Shown here: positions 26,768 through 40,745 of the stretch, piece by piece
Layout of the letters: each line of letters starts with the position of its first letter
Numbering within the stretch: position 1 is the first letter of the stretch
DNA from: Antedon mediterranea
Lineage: Eukaryota; Animalia; Echinodermata
NCBI RefSeq assembly: GCF_964355755.1
Contig: NC_092675.1
Location: 20,432,912 to 20,496,911, forward strand
Direction of reading: 5' to 3'
Length of the DNA stretch: 64,000 nucleotides
Program-made: the position numbers and the translations under genes
Notes under the pieces: model-generated
Seen by the model: the letters and a program-made list of their open reading frames with translations, nothing else
What the model was told of the DNA's origin: nothing
Databases searched by the model: none

Positions 26768-26911
26768 AAGCTCTGTCTACACTATAAAAATATTTTACCT
26801 AAATATGGTAGTGATATGCCCAAATATGGTAGTGATGACATCATCGTGTCCATATATGGGCAAATCACATTTTTTTTGTCACATAAAGTTTGATAGTGTA
26901 GACAGAGCTTT
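26768..26911. mobile_element. MITE family A copy
   Basis: Same TIRs and internal 21-mers. Confidence 0.85.
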
Positions 26912-27050
26912 ACCACAGTGTATTCTCACTTATGCCTGGTTAACTTTGAATATTACATTCCTGAGGTGGGTCTTTATCAAGGAAGTCAATCAGAGCATGT
27001 TACCATCAATGAATCACTACCACACACAATGTTCATGTCATTGCTTTTGG

Positions 27051-27386
27051 TTAAAGATATATTGTCCCCCTAAACAAATTATTTTTAAATTTTTTTTTAA
27101 TATGCCATTTAATGTCACAAAATAGTTATTCACTTTGACCATAAACTGGATCTAAAAAAAAAATTATATATCTGAAGAAAATGTCATTAAAAGCAAATAC
27201 TTTTTTGGTTTGGTTTTTGGTTAAAATTAAACGTTTCTTTTGTCTTTTATAAATGAAATAATTATTTTTGTTTTTTATATACAGAAGTGAATATCTTTAT
27301 TAAAACTGCAAAATGGCCTATTTGAAGTCAGATTTTATTATTTTATTATTCATTTTTCATGTTTTTGGGGGAACAATACATCTTTA
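27051..27386. mobile_element. MITE family C copy
   Basis: Similar along its length to 19832-20183. Confidence 0.75.
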
Positions 27387-27704
27387 TATACTTATTTCAC
27401 ACATCTAATCATTTTGTCATCGTTACTGTCTTTCCCCTCGACCACATACCACCTCAAAAGCTCATTGTATTGTTAATAACTTCCAAAACCAAATAAGTTA
27501 CTGAACATCAATTTATTGAATATCAGATTATAATATCAATTATAAAATCACTCCAAATTATCATATTTAATATCCAATATATGCTGACACAAGTATATTT
27601 TTGAGATTTTATTTATCACATTGACTAAACATCTACAGTATTAACAAGGTTTAGACTATTAAAACATTACATTTAAGGAAAAAGGAAATATTTGGTGTGT
27701 TATA

Positions 27705-27848
27705 AAGCTCTGTCTACACTATCAAACTTCGAAATGTGATGTGCCCATATATGGTAGTGCTATGCTTAAATATGGTATTGATATGACATCATCATGACCA
27801 TATATGGGCACATCACATTTTTTTGTCACAGAAAGTTTGATAGTGTAT
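27705..27848. mobile_element. MITE family A copy (one TIR truncated)
   Basis: AAGCTCTGTCTACACTATCAAAC ... GTTTGATAGTGTA. Confidence 0.8.
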
Positions 27849-28675
27849 GAGTTTGAACTCATAAACATTTTATCCGAATGTAACTCATAAACAATCATTA
27901 TTTTAATACATACCAGTTGCAATTGGTAGGCAAATTATCCATATGGGCAAAATACCTAGTCAATTACAGTTTGTGATTATATGATTAAATATGAACACCA
28001 GTACTAGTAGTGTGGTACTGTGCAGTACTTGGTAGTTTTCATTGGAATCTTGTTACATAAGGATAAGCCTATCTTTATACAACAAGCAGGAAATATAAAG
28101 TTAATAAAACAAAACAAAAACATATTGTGTGATCATAGATCATAATCAGAGTTTATCATCTATTAGTTGCACATACTGTATTTAAATTACATTTAATGGC
28201 CCCACAAATACCAAATATAAGTTACAAATTAAAGGACAAATTTCATTCTAAATCCTGCAATATTTTTTTTTACAATATTTAATAAACCAATACATTTACA
28301 TTTTTGTTCGTTGGAATATACTTGGGTCCACATCAAGTAAATTATTTAAAAGTCTGAAGTAACTTAGATAAAATCATTGTATCTCATATATGGCTTAATT
28401 GGATGAGATTAATGAGGCTAGTTGGGTGATGATTGAGATTAGGCTTACAATATAGTAGTACAGTAGTATTAGTAATTCTCCAAATGAACCCATGCTTTGA
28501 ACTTACAAACTATCTCCCTAATACTTGATTCACACAAGACAAAAATTCAAAAGTCTTACAAAATGTAGCATATGGAAACAAATTGTTACATTGGTAATGT
28601 GTGAAATTGTTTCTGCGTAAAATCTTTGGACAAGTCGGTAATCTTTCCAAGCCTTAGCGAGGCCTGTGTAAAGTG

Positions 28676-28841
28676 TATTTCACACCTGTTCCGGCACGGT
28701 TCTGGTACGGCGAATCGAACATCAACGTTTCGTTTTTGCGACAATCCATGCGGCTATGCGGCAATCTATAAAACATTGAAGTTTGATTGAATTTGCTGTC
28801 TCCGGACCGGAACCAGGCCGGAGCAGGTGTGAAAGGCCCTT
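28676..28841. mobile_element. MITE family B copy
   Basis: TTTCACACCTGTTCCGGC ... GCCGGAGCAGGTGTGAAAGGCCC. Confidence 0.7.
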
Positions 28842-30423
28842 TAGGGTTACTTCAATGAAATACAGTGGTACCTGTGCATACGCACTTGTCTTGAGATTAT
28901 ATTGCATATGTGTGAACGCATTTTAACTATTAGATATCTATGTACCAATTGCATTTATGTTGTATGTATGAATCAAGTATCCATTTTCCTTGAATTTTGT
29001 TTGTACAATTATCTAAAAATTACAACCTGGGTTTGACTTGGTACAGGATTGATAGGATTCTATCTTGACAAAAAATATCATTATCATCATGCGCTGATCT
29101 ATATTGTTTACTTCACCGTTAATTTCACAATATTAACATCAATACAGTATTCATTAAAATGAATTCTAAGTTTTTTATCTAAATACACAATGTAGGTACA
29201 TTTTGCTGAATACAACGAGGCATACAATACTGAAATTATATTCGGCACTATACTGTATAATAATAATAATAAATATTTATCACTTAGTAAACTCGTAAAT
29301 AACAACTGTACAAAAAACTTAGTGTTGTTCTGCATCAATAACAGATAAAATATGCTCTCTTGGAAAACTAACTGATTGTTACAGAATGAGTTTATCTATA
29401 AAGATATTGAGGATGGTTACAAGGGTAATTGATGTATTTACATACTCAAGTATTCAATTTATGTATACTAAACTCATTCACACTGGACTTTGTTCAGTCA
29501 ATCTAACTGCAACATTCCGTCAAACTAACTGCAAAGTTTGGTCAACTAGTAACAGCAACTTTCTCTCCTGTGGAAAAGTTTATCAACTGAAATTCGATAA
29601 AAGGAAGAGTTAGTTTAACGAAGCTGGAAAACTCAAGCCAAACAAAGTAGGCCTGATGTCGATTATATAGAACTTCTAATTTAGTTGATTGAGGACTTCA
29701 GTTAGCTTGACCATGGTTCTTATCTAGACAATTATTCCAGTACTAAAAACCAGAGAATTTGACTGAACTGTATTACTCAGTGAATAAGGCTTTGGATATT
29801 GTTTTTCTCAATTTACTAGTTGTTGTACAATTTTCCAAAGCTTTGTTGGGGTATATGTCTCACACTTACCCAAGTATAAAATATAAACATGCAGTAGAGC
29901 CCCTATTAAGGGGACACTATTGGACCGTTTTAAATAAGCGGTTGGCCTTAGCGTTAAAACATATATTTCCCTGTTGTTCATTTCACAGTATAGTGTTCTC
30001 TTAATAGAGATGTTCCAAAAGAGGTGATCTACCGTACTTTAAAAAAATGATAAATACTGAATTGGCAATTCATGCCGGTTACTTAATTAATTAACTATCT
30101 ATTTATATTAAAGATGATTTACAAAGAATAAAAAAGTTCAGTAATAACAGTTAACGCCTATTTACAATAAAGTACAACATTATTTATTACTTAGTAAATC
30201 ACTGTACACATAATGTAACCTCTTGTATCATTCAGATTTTTTAATGCTGAATTTTGCGATTTTTTAAAAAGAAAATACTGATTTTAATTCCTTGCTGGAA
30301 AGTTGCTAGCTGCTATAAAGGTAATCTGAAACAAACAGATGATCAAAATCGTATTATAAACTGTTAATAACTAAACTAATAAAATGATTACAATCACAGA
30401 AAAGATAGCGCCATATGGTATAA

Positions 30424-30588
30424 TACAGTAGATCTCCTACTAAGGGGGACACCTCCAGAACCAAATGTCCCATTAATAAGAATGTCTAATGGAATAAGGG
30501 CTGTAGTGTTAAAACATATATTGTACCTTGTTCGTTTCACAAGAAAGTGTTCCCTACAGGGGTGTCCCAAAGTAGGAGTTCTACTGTA
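30424..30588. mobile_element. Tc1/pogo-type MITE (TA-flanked CAGT...ACTG)
   Basis: TACAGTAGATCTCCTACT...GGACACC / GGTGTCCC...AGTAGGAGTTCTACTGTA; a more decayed relative lies at ~29891-30036. Confidence 0.7.
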
Positions 30589-32027
30589 TTGAATTGGCAA
30601 AATAATAGTACATATAACACACAGAAAGCAAGGTGGTAGTCAACCAAATGAATACAAATATGAGCATACACTGCTGAAATAGCACTCATTTATACGTACA
30701 AACTAGGTGAAACTAGGTGAATTTAGCACAAAAAAATGCGCAGCCAATGAGAGCTCAGGAAATGAGTTATCATGCGTTCATGATCTGCTCAGCATTTGTA
30801 CAAATCAAACAGCTCAGCACATACGCAATCTAAATGAAAATCGCAGCTCTTGTAGTATAAAATAATATACATCACAATTTTTTTCTTTTTGTTGCATAAA
30901 TTCATTTAGTGGAAAACAGGCTTTATGTAATGAATTTAAATTAGGACTCTCTCACATTGAAGGAGTTAATAACAATGACATAAAGAGTTAATTAACAAAT
31001 TTAATGCTGATATTTAATATACATTAAAATATTACTACTAGCCTTAAACAATATTCAATTTCTTTGAGTCTATTATCATGCTAATACCAACTGTACCAAT
31101 TAACTGTGATTATGTAATTAACAAGATTGAAAAACAACTAATTAACATCGTTTATATTATTTAATCATTAACATCAAATTTAACCAATAATCACATACTA
31201 ACATTAAATTTTACAATTAATAATTGGTAAAGATGAACAATTCATAGATAGTCATAGATAGTCAATGATTGTATTTAAACAATGTCATAGTACAAGCCTT
31301 CTCTGTGAAAAAAAAAATACAAAAAGGATCTATTGTTTTGGTAATGTAAAATTAATTATTTAACAGACTTTTGAATCTACAATTGAGCAAATTCAAGCTC
31401 TGATAAAAATATAGAACATGTCAAGTTCTCATTATGTTTCAAATTCATCAAAGGGATAGGAGACAGTTTGTTTACTGACTAAGTATGTTTCACACTGCTA
31501 AATTAGTAAATCACAAAGCTTGTCATTCTAAATTTATTTTTACTGTAAATTAATTTAAACCAAATTAAATCCAACCTATGTGTTTCTTTTATACTCTTTT
31601 AAATACATGTACTATGTGGAGAGAAATTCCTTCATTTTTCAATCGTGTGATTAAACAAGAATGGTTACATGTCTTAATCTCAGTTTACAGTGAACGTATA
31701 TGAAATAAAATGTGTTATTTATTGTGGTATATATTCCTCATCCATTTCAAAAGTGTAATTGGATGGAAGAATTATACATAATACTAAATTATAAATGAAA
31801 ATATATTCAATTAGCATATTTATAAATATAAAAAAAAATAGTAGTATTGGAAAGACATAAAGACATGAAGTTATCTAAAGAATTATTTAGTGTATACCAC
31901 TTTAAGCAGTTAGAAACTAGGTAAGTCTGTGTCACCTGGAAAACGTACTGTAACACCTGTATGTAGAATTGTGTAGGACTTATGTACTTAAGTATACTAA
32001 AGAAATTTTGACTCACATATATACTGT

Positions 32028-32555
32028 AAACCACCTGTGTAGTGTAACATGTGACACAGAGTATAAGGGTCACTCCTTATTCAAACTGATGATAGGTTCA
32101 TACTGAAGAAAGTCTGTGCCACTTGTGTACATACATAGTGTACATCTGTAAACTTATGTAAAGCCACCTGTTGTGGTATGTGTAAACCCCCTGTGTAGTG
32201 TAACATGTGACACAAAGTAAAACCTTATTCAAACCTTAAGGTCAAACCTTATTCAAAATGATGATAGGTTCATACTTTATAAAGTCTGTGCCACTTGTGT
32301 ACATCTGTAAACTTATGTAAAGCCACCTGTTGTGGTATGTGTAAACCACCTGTGTAGTGTATACATGTGACACAGTGTATAAAGGTCAATCCTTATTCAA
32401 ACTGACGATAGGTTCATACTGAAGAAAGTCTGTGCCACTTGTGTACGTACATCTGTATATGTTAATACATAAAGCCACCTGTGGTTGTATGTATAAACCA
32501 TTAGATGTGGTAGATGTATTTGAATATATACAGGTCAATCCTTATTCAGACTGTT
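32028..32555. repeat. ~155-bp tandem repeat, about 3.3 copies
   Basis: Units starting AAACCACCTGTGTAGTGTAACATGTGACAC at ~32028, ~32184, ~32343, plus a decayed fourth. Confidence 0.85.
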
Positions 32556-33404
32556 AATACAGCATTAATGATGTTTATTTCTGCACTCTTTTTTGTGTGT
32601 AGCATGTTTGTTTGTTTGCTCATTTCATTACCTGCAAGAATAAGAAACCATAAGATAGAGTTAGGCGCGCATAGTACACTATAATAAAGCAAGTCAGGTT
32701 GAGATTGTCGTTTCAGATTTTTCTGATTCAGTAGTATATTAAGGTTTAATATACAGTACTATAATCAAGAAAATATTTTTTATAAATATTTATTTTATCT
32801 TATTAACAAAAATACTGAAATTCATCAAGGAACATCATCATTTAAAAGGAACAGGGTAATATAAAGGATGACGATGAAGGTGAGATACAGGGGAATTCCC
32901 TTTTCAAGGATCAATGAGCAACATACTGTACCATTTATGAAAAAATGTGCACTCAGTTCCTTATAAATGTTCCAAAGTATATAATAAAATGACTTAGACA
33001 TACTACTCAATGATATTGTAGCATAGACCACAAGAAACCCAATAAGTTCCTTGTATACATACTGTATTCAATCACAAACTATACTATCAACATTCCAGTA
33101 ATTGATGAATGATTTATTTATTGCTGTACCAAAATATAATGTAAACTACTAGATGGCAAACACAATTCATGTTCTATTCAAGTACTAACTATAAATACAG
33201 CAACATTGTACTGTAATTGAATGATAAATCAATTCTAATATATTATACCCCAAATTAGTATAAACTACTTGTACTACTACTACTACAACAAATCTAATAA
33301 AGCTCTTTGTAATATTTAATACTTGAAACTAAAAACAATAATATACAACCTGTTGAAGAGTCAGACATTATTCAAATACAAACTATGTATGATTGTTACT
33401 GTTA

Positions 33405-33566
33405 GGCTCTGTCTACACTATCAAACTTTATGTGATAAAAAAGTGTGATGTGCCCAAAGTTGGTAGTGACATGCACAAATATAGTAGTGATATGACATCA
33501 TCGTGTCCATATAGAAACACAGCACACTTTTTTGTCACATAAAGTTTGATAGTGTATACAGAGAGC
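33405..33566. mobile_element. MITE family A copy
   Basis: GGCTCTGTCTACACTATCAAAC ... GTTTGATAGTGTATACAGAG. Confidence 0.85.
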
Positions 33567-34227
33567 TTTTAAGTGTCTGTCAAATGGATGGTTGAATGAT
33601 GCACAATAGTACAGTTACTGTAACACTGCTGACATTTGCACCTGAAGGCAAGGGAAGAGTGGGAAGACCTAAACAAAACTACAGTAGTAGTAGAGAATAA
33701 CATTGAACAGAGAAGGATCAAGTTGGACAGAATCATCGAATGTAGCCTCAAACAGGGAATTGTGGAGGCTATTTATTATTGTCTATGGGGAGAGAAGAAA
33801 TATAATATAATAAGGATAATAATTAATCTACTGTATTTTATAACACACCTCGGTGTATACATGCAATTTGAGTGGTTAATTATGCATCACATGCTGTTCG
33901 GTATTAGTTCGGAAGTGCTATCTAATGGTTGTAATGGACATTCAGCTTAAATGGTAAAAATCTTGAGAATTTTTTGCCATGCAAGGTTGTTGAGTGATCC
34001 GACCATACTCAAAAACCTTTAGTACATCCCTTCTTCTCTGCGTCCAAAATGCGAGTGTTGCCCTTTTTAATGGCCTAGCTTCCCGACAATGATTCAAGAT
34101 GGAAGAAGTAGTTTAGTTGAATAAAACTTTTTAAAAAAAACCACCAATAGATGCACTGATTATGTTTAAATAACAAAGTATAAACTGACTCTAAACAATG
34201 AGAGGCAAGCTCATTAATGAGTTTTAT

Positions 34228-34848
34228 ACTTTAGAGAAGATGGATACATGTGGAGTAATCTACAAAGTCACCTGCCGCAACTGTACACAAGTTTACATTG
34301 GGGAAACAGGGAGGGCATTACAAACACGAATTAATGATCACAAAAAAGATGTTACAACAAACACGGGGGGAGTAATGACTAGGGCCTCCAGAACATCCAC
34401 ATCTTTGATCATACACAAATCTGCCATTACAGAACATGTCATAAAACACAATCATGTACCAAACTGGGAGGCTACCATCTTAACCAAAGAGCCTAAACGC
34501 AAAGACAGACAGATTAGAGAATCATTACATATAAGGAGAAATAAGGAGAAGACCATGAACCGGGACACTGGAGCCCACGAACTCTCGCATTTGTACAATG
34601 ATTTGATAGACACATCACCTGGCCGAGCCCCGCACAACCTCCAACCTACAACCGGAGGCGTACGACGTCATCAACAGATGACGTCAAGAATGACTAAGCT
34701 GCATTAACACTCCGCAGTCAGTTGAGAAGGATCTCTGATAGAGATCGAAACGTTCGAGTAAGTACTCCGTTAACTTGTGCTTTTACAAAAACGAAATTTG
34801 TCATCTATACAAAATCGAAGCTAAATGAAATTCTTTCAAGACTTTAGA
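34228..34848 (+). mobile_element. 5'-truncated Penelope-like retroelement: GIY-YIG endonuclease ORF plus 3' region
   Basis: ORF 34198-34707 CGVIYKVTCRNCTQVYIGETGRALQTRINDH...SAITEH...RQIRESLHI...MNRDTG is typical of the PLE endonuclease; hammerhead-like motif follows directly. Confidence 0.88.
34715..34765 (+). ncRNA. Minimal (type I-like) hammerhead ribozyme motif of the PLE
   Basis: TTGAGAA-G-GATCTC-TGATA-GAGATC-GAAAC-GTT: core with U3/A8 covariation, perfect 6-bp stem II, palindromic AACGTT. Confidence 0.6.
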
Positions 34849-36868
34849 ATACAGTTAGTAGAGGTGTGAATAAATAAGGAATGTGCTAAATTTGTTTGAT
34901 TGACTGCTCTACTGCTCAAAGCAGTCAATCTTTCAACGCATAAACATAGTTAGAACAGAGTGCAATAAATGATAAAAGCTACATTATACTGAAACACAAT
35001 ATCCTACAGCCATCCAGTACTGACATTGCTATTCAGTTGGTACAGTTTTACACTTAAACCACTTGAATATATCAATATTTATCAGATACTGTACTGTAGT
35101 TATCTAATACTATACACTAATTATATTTTAGGCAGCATGTATGATGAGTCATCTGTGTGCACAGTGTGTCATAAGCAAAATATTTTGACACCATACATGG
35201 CAATATTCTTGCTCAATACCATTGAAAAATATACTATACAGTATACATTAGAATATTATTACAGATTTACCATAGCACAAATATATTCAAACCTCAATTC
35301 GAAATAAGCAATGTTTAATATTATTAAATTAAAGTCATCTTCTTATTTATAGGTTAATCAAAAAACACATTGATGACACGCCAGAAGCCTACCCTAGTAT
35401 CTGTAATTGGAAATCTTTCATTAATATGAATCTAGATTTGTTATCACTTGTTTATCACTGTGTGTGAATATTAATTTTTAACTAAAACCATTAATAACTA
35501 TAGATAAGGCTTATTATAATGAAATTAACATACTGTAATGCACAAGGCTCAAACGTACGGTATCTCATATTGGAGAAAATCTCATATTTAAACTTTATAC
35601 AGTATACTGTGAATAGACAATACAGCCTACAGTACAGTATCATGCATTTATTTATTTATTTATTATGAATGCAGCACTGCAGTTTGTGAATAGTCTCAGC
35701 AAATTGTACAATAAGCAAATTTGTATGCTTTTAATTGTATTCGCATAAGGCTGATACTTGGTTAAAATCTAATTAGAAAAGTCTGTAAATAAATTATTAG
35801 AAATGTCTGACAGTAGCAATCGTCGTTGTCATTCTATCTGTGCAAATTAATGCATCGGATAATACAGTAGGTGCCACACAATAGCCGGCTTGCACTCATT
35901 AAATCCAAGTTTAGTGCAACTGCAAATTATAATTTTGTACTGTACAGCACAATGTACTGTGTTTTTCTTTTTGTATTTTGAAGGATGCACCTTTGAATCA
36001 TAACCAATTTAAAGGTGATATTGGAATCCAAATAAATAAATAATTGATTGGATGTGGCAGAAATATAATATTAATCAATAATGTTAAATTATTGTATCTA
36101 GGGAAATTTGTTTGTAGTTTTTACTAAAATGATTTTATATTCAATTTATTCTCCTATCCAGTATGCTTCTGTTAAATAATTTTTTGTAATTGATATATAC
36201 TGTTACTGGTACGACTACGAATCACTGCTATTTATACTACAGATAACACATGTATTATATATTTATAGTGAGTTATTGTAATGGGTAATACCAAGAATTG
36301 AAGATCTTAAGAAGTAAACTTTTAAGCAATATTTCTGAATAATAAACCATTATCTTATTTTTGTCCACAGTTGTACTTCTTAAAAACCAATGAATGAAAT
36401 GTTGTTGAAAATAGTGAAAGAAGGCAGAGATTGAATGAAAGATACTGTACATGCAGTAGAGGAAACAAAAGGAAAGCATTCTTAAAAGCTGGAAATAATA
36501 TAAAACAATTGCTGGTTTTCTGGCCTTCCTATTGTTGAATACTCCCTGGTTTTGATGAGTTTGATATAAGTTTGATTGAATAATAGCTTTAAATTCACTA
36601 ATGCCCTCCTCTCAAGAGAACTTATCAGGCCTGCCCATCAACATGTATCATGATATTTGGGTCTCACATTAAGTAGACATGTGATAGTAACAACCTTTCA
36701 TGTTCACGATAAGCCAGATAATACAATGAAGATGCCGAGTCGAAAAGTAATTCTGCACAGAATGACTGTTAGACTCAATAGCTGCATAGCCATATGACAA
36801 GTTATGAAAATGAATTTCGTTATTACAGTATAATATATTGTTTAAAATAGGAAAACATCATTACCATT

Positions 36869-38755
36869 TCATTTTGCATCTGTTGTAGGTTTTTCAGTTA
36901 CATTAGATTGTTCCTTAGGCGGAGGCGGCGGCTGCTGGACTGTCTGTGCGGGTGTCTGTGCGGGTGTCTGTGCTGTCGTCGGATGAGTCGTCTGTTGCTG
37001 TTGTGATTGTTGACTGTGCTGAAGCTCTATTGAGGTAAAGTGTTTCAGTCGTTCCAAGTATTGACTGTACAACTCAACATCGTTGTGTCCAGCGCCCTCG
37101 ACCCATAGAGGATCGACAGCTCGTGGACACTTTTCAAACATTGCAAGCCCGTGAGAGAAATCAATTACTTCATCTTCTGTTCCGTGAATGACTAGCACAG
37201 GGGATGATACCTTGGTTATCTTGTCGATACTAATGTAAACAAAATTATATTAGATCATTTTATGCTCATTGTCAAATATTGTTGAAGACAAAAATGCCTA
37301 AGATTATTAAAGCAGTCATTCTCTGATACCAGTATCCAATAAATTTCATGTAATTATACAGTTAGAAAAAATGTGTTTAAAAAAGTTTACTGTACATTAC
37401 TGTAGTCTATTGTACACATCTTGAATAAAAGTTACCACCAGTCTGTATAGAGTACAGTACTAAGTTTCTTGGCAAACAAATCAGTTTTTATGCAAAATTC
37501 TTTTTACTCTTGCATAGAACATCAGTGTACAGTATTAATGGATGTCAAAGTACAATGGTCTGAGCATGGACCTACAGTAAGGTCCATAGTCAGTCCAGAC
37601 ACTCATGTAACTTGGATGAAGATCCAAATCATAGGATGTTTAGAGTTCATAAAATAGTATAATAATGAATATTTAGTTTTTAAGCATTAGCTGTAGTGTA
37701 TTCTAAATGAAACATCAAAATGAAACTGCAAAATAAATATTTTTCTCTTTTTTCTTTACAGTAATTCAATTGAATATATTAAAACGTGCAGTGTTACCGG
37801 AATTGAGTGTAACAGTACAAAATCAAGGCAAAATATCTTGGTATGAATTAACGATAACATCATTGATTGCTGTCATTGTTAAAGTTACAATAATATGATT
37901 CTTTATTTAATATATAAACACATTATTTAAGTAAAAATTATTTACATAAATGAATAAACAATTGATTGTAGATATATTGTTAAAGTTACACAATATTATG
38001 AATCTTTACGATACTTTAATCTTTATTAATATATAAACACTGTATTTTAAAAAGTAAAAATTATACATAAATTATTATTAAAATATAAATGTATACAATA
38101 CAAACCTTGGGAATGCATCAAAGCACCATGTTCGTTTTGTCTCTGGGAAAGCGACTCTCATGCCAGACATTAACGGGGAATGCAGGATGACAGCGGCGCA
38201 CTCGTATCGGGAAGCTAAATCCACTGTCGGCACCGTACCTATACTCTGTCCATATAAAACTATATGTTCTGGACTAATTCCATAGCGAGTCCTTAACGCT
38301 TGCCATGCAGCATCAACATCTGCATATAAATTTCTCTCCAATGGTTTGCCCGTGCTAGCTCCATACCCAGAATAATCATAGCTAAATATATTGCAATTAA
38401 TTCTGGTACCTAGTCCTAGATAGAAACTGCTCATTTGACCAATATCAACTGCATTCCCGTGACTGAAAAGAATGGTAAAATGTGGATTTTGGGAACAACG
38501 CACAAACATGCAGGCTACTTTATTTCCACGTTTGCTCCTAGTTGAAAATACTTCAATTGATTCTTTTTCCTTTTCTCCGTATTGCCATTCTGCTCGCTCT
38601 GATAATTTTAAAGCAAACTTTGATTCTGTAGTGTCCACAGCAGTGAGTTCATATGTAGGCTCGGGTGGAAGAAAGGCTAACTTCGCTGCGATCCGAGACG
38701 GGCAAGGTGGGCAACAAAAGAGACAACACAACTCACCTACGCTTAGCCCATTCAT
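36869..38755 (-). CDS. ABHD17: Alpha/beta hydrolase ABHD17 (protein depalmitoylase)
   Basis: Two exons 38755-38106 and 37229-36869; N-terminal Cys cluster [21 protein letters not shown], catalytic [20 protein letters not shown] and GAGHNDVE. Confidence 0.95.
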
Positions 38756-39989
38756 ATTGAAAATCGACTCTCTATTCCAAATAATACGACACAATTACTA
38801 TATATTTTAACTTACAGTTAAGATACATAAAATCAATTAAAAATTTAATAGATATAGAAACCCACTTGATGTAAAAAGTTGAAAGTTATAAGGGAGTTTC
38901 TATGTCCTAAAATAAATTGACAAACCGGAAAAGCATGACGTCATTAACAAATAAAACTTTTGCGGCTGCGTAGAGTTTCATTAATCGATTGGTTTTTTGT
39001 TAGTGTTTGTTTCCTCAATGTAATTTATTGCCGCCGCAAGAGGACGTGATCACATTTCGGGGAAACAATACTACTACTGTATTTTATTTGTCCATTCAGC
39101 CATTCACCTTTTGAATCAATCGCACATACAAAATGCGGTATTTATTAAAATATATATATAGAAACTTCGAAAAGAGTATACATACAAGATACAAAGAACA
39201 ATAACAAGTAAAATTCTTTTTTCTAAAGCTAAAAAAAAAATTATTAATCTGTTGCCAATCCGTTATTAATTTCATGATAATAATTCTTTCTTTGATTTTT
39301 ACAGTAACATAATTTTAATCGTATAAGCAGTGTCTTTTTTGTTAAATGTTGAATCAGTTTAACCAAACATTTTAAGTAAATAAACTTCATCCTCAGTCCG
39401 CCTTTCTTAGTTGAAACAAATAGTATCATTTTGAGATTCAGTCATTCAATTGACATTCAATTTACTGCATCTACAGTTATGATCATCTCTGGTGCGTTTA
39501 ATGTTTATTGTATAAGAATACTCTACTCACAAATATAAAAATGAGTCAATAGTCTATACATAATGTTCAGAAATTTATTTAACAAAGAAAAAAATATAGT
39601 TAACATCAGGATTTCATAACCTTAGGCCTATATTCAATTTCATGCAAAATGAGTCATATACCTTGAGATACAAATAGTAATTCCAATACCTATCCATGAA
39701 TTTTTAATGGCAAGGCCTAAATAAAAGTTCAACAAAAATAAAAAATTACAAGTTTTGACATTCAAATATAAGTAGTGGATAATATAAATGTTATCACACC
39801 TAGCATTTTAATTCATATAGTACTGTGCTGTAAATACAATCTATTCTTTATCTATGCAACAGGCAATTGTCCAAAGTTAGCCAGTAGTACTAAATTAAGT
39901 TCAATTCCAACAAAGAAATTGTGTACATATCCATTGACTTGTGAGTTACTGTTTCCATATCCCCCATTAAAATTCACCATAAAATAATT

Positions 39990-40310
39990 CCTTTTATATA
40001 ACACCTATATAAATTCCTGTCATTTGATTGGACGAATGTGGGTCACATGGCGTGCAATAGTACGCACTATTCAACGATCGTTAAATAGTACTTTTTGAAA
40101 CATTTTTGTGTACGAAAAAAAAACGTCTAGATGTTATATAAAACAAATAATGAATGTTTTGTATTCGTGTAATGGTACAAATAATGGCACTTGGTGAATG
40201 ATGAAAGGTTATATCAACTCGGCTTTGCCTCGTTGATATAACCTTTCATCATTCACCTCGTGCCATTATTTGTACCATTGCACTCATAAACATTCATTAT
40301 TTGTATAATA
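39990..40310. repeat. Foldback element with a ~170-bp near-perfect palindrome
   Basis: Arms such as GGTGAATGATGAAAGGTTATATCAAC / GTTGATATAACCTTTCATCATTCACC around TCGGCTTTGCCTC; extra inverted pair TTTTATATAACA / TGTTATATAAAA. Confidence 0.85.
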
Positions 40311-40580
40311 TTCAGTAGTCTACAATAGAACTTTCATATATTACTTGTGATCATTATGAATTGGCGTAATGAAGTTGTTGGTCTAAAAGTGATGCTTTCT
40401 GATTAGGTGATCAACACTAGGCAGATCATCGTTTGTGATATACTAATAATATACCTAATTCTATACTAATTCTGTATTTTTTTCTGTTTGCCTGATATTA
40501 ACATGCATCTACCATTACTACCAGCTGCATATCCTATTGGTCAGGTCAAGAAAAATACATTATGTAATTGTTACCTGTCT

Positions 40581-40745
40581 AAAGCTATGTCTACACTATC
40601 AAACTAGTTTGACCAAAAAAGTGTGATGTGCCCAAATATGGTGGTGATATGCCCAAATATGGTAGTGATATGACATCATCATGTCCATATATGGGCACAT
40701 CAAATTTGTTTGTCACATAAAGTTTGATAGTGTAGACAGAGCTTT
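40581..40745. mobile_element. MITE family A copy
   Basis: Near full-length TIRs. Confidence 0.85.

Noticed and set aside
32080-32130. Retrozyme-like hammerhead in the 155-bp repeat (CTGATGA...GAAA)
   Set aside because: Stem II does not start next to the core, stem I cannot form, and the second unit lacks both motifs.
38756-38794. N-terminal extension of ABHD17 given in the ORF track ([13 protein letters not shown])
   Set aside because: It starts at a non-ATG codon; the family N-terminus begins at MNGLS (38755).
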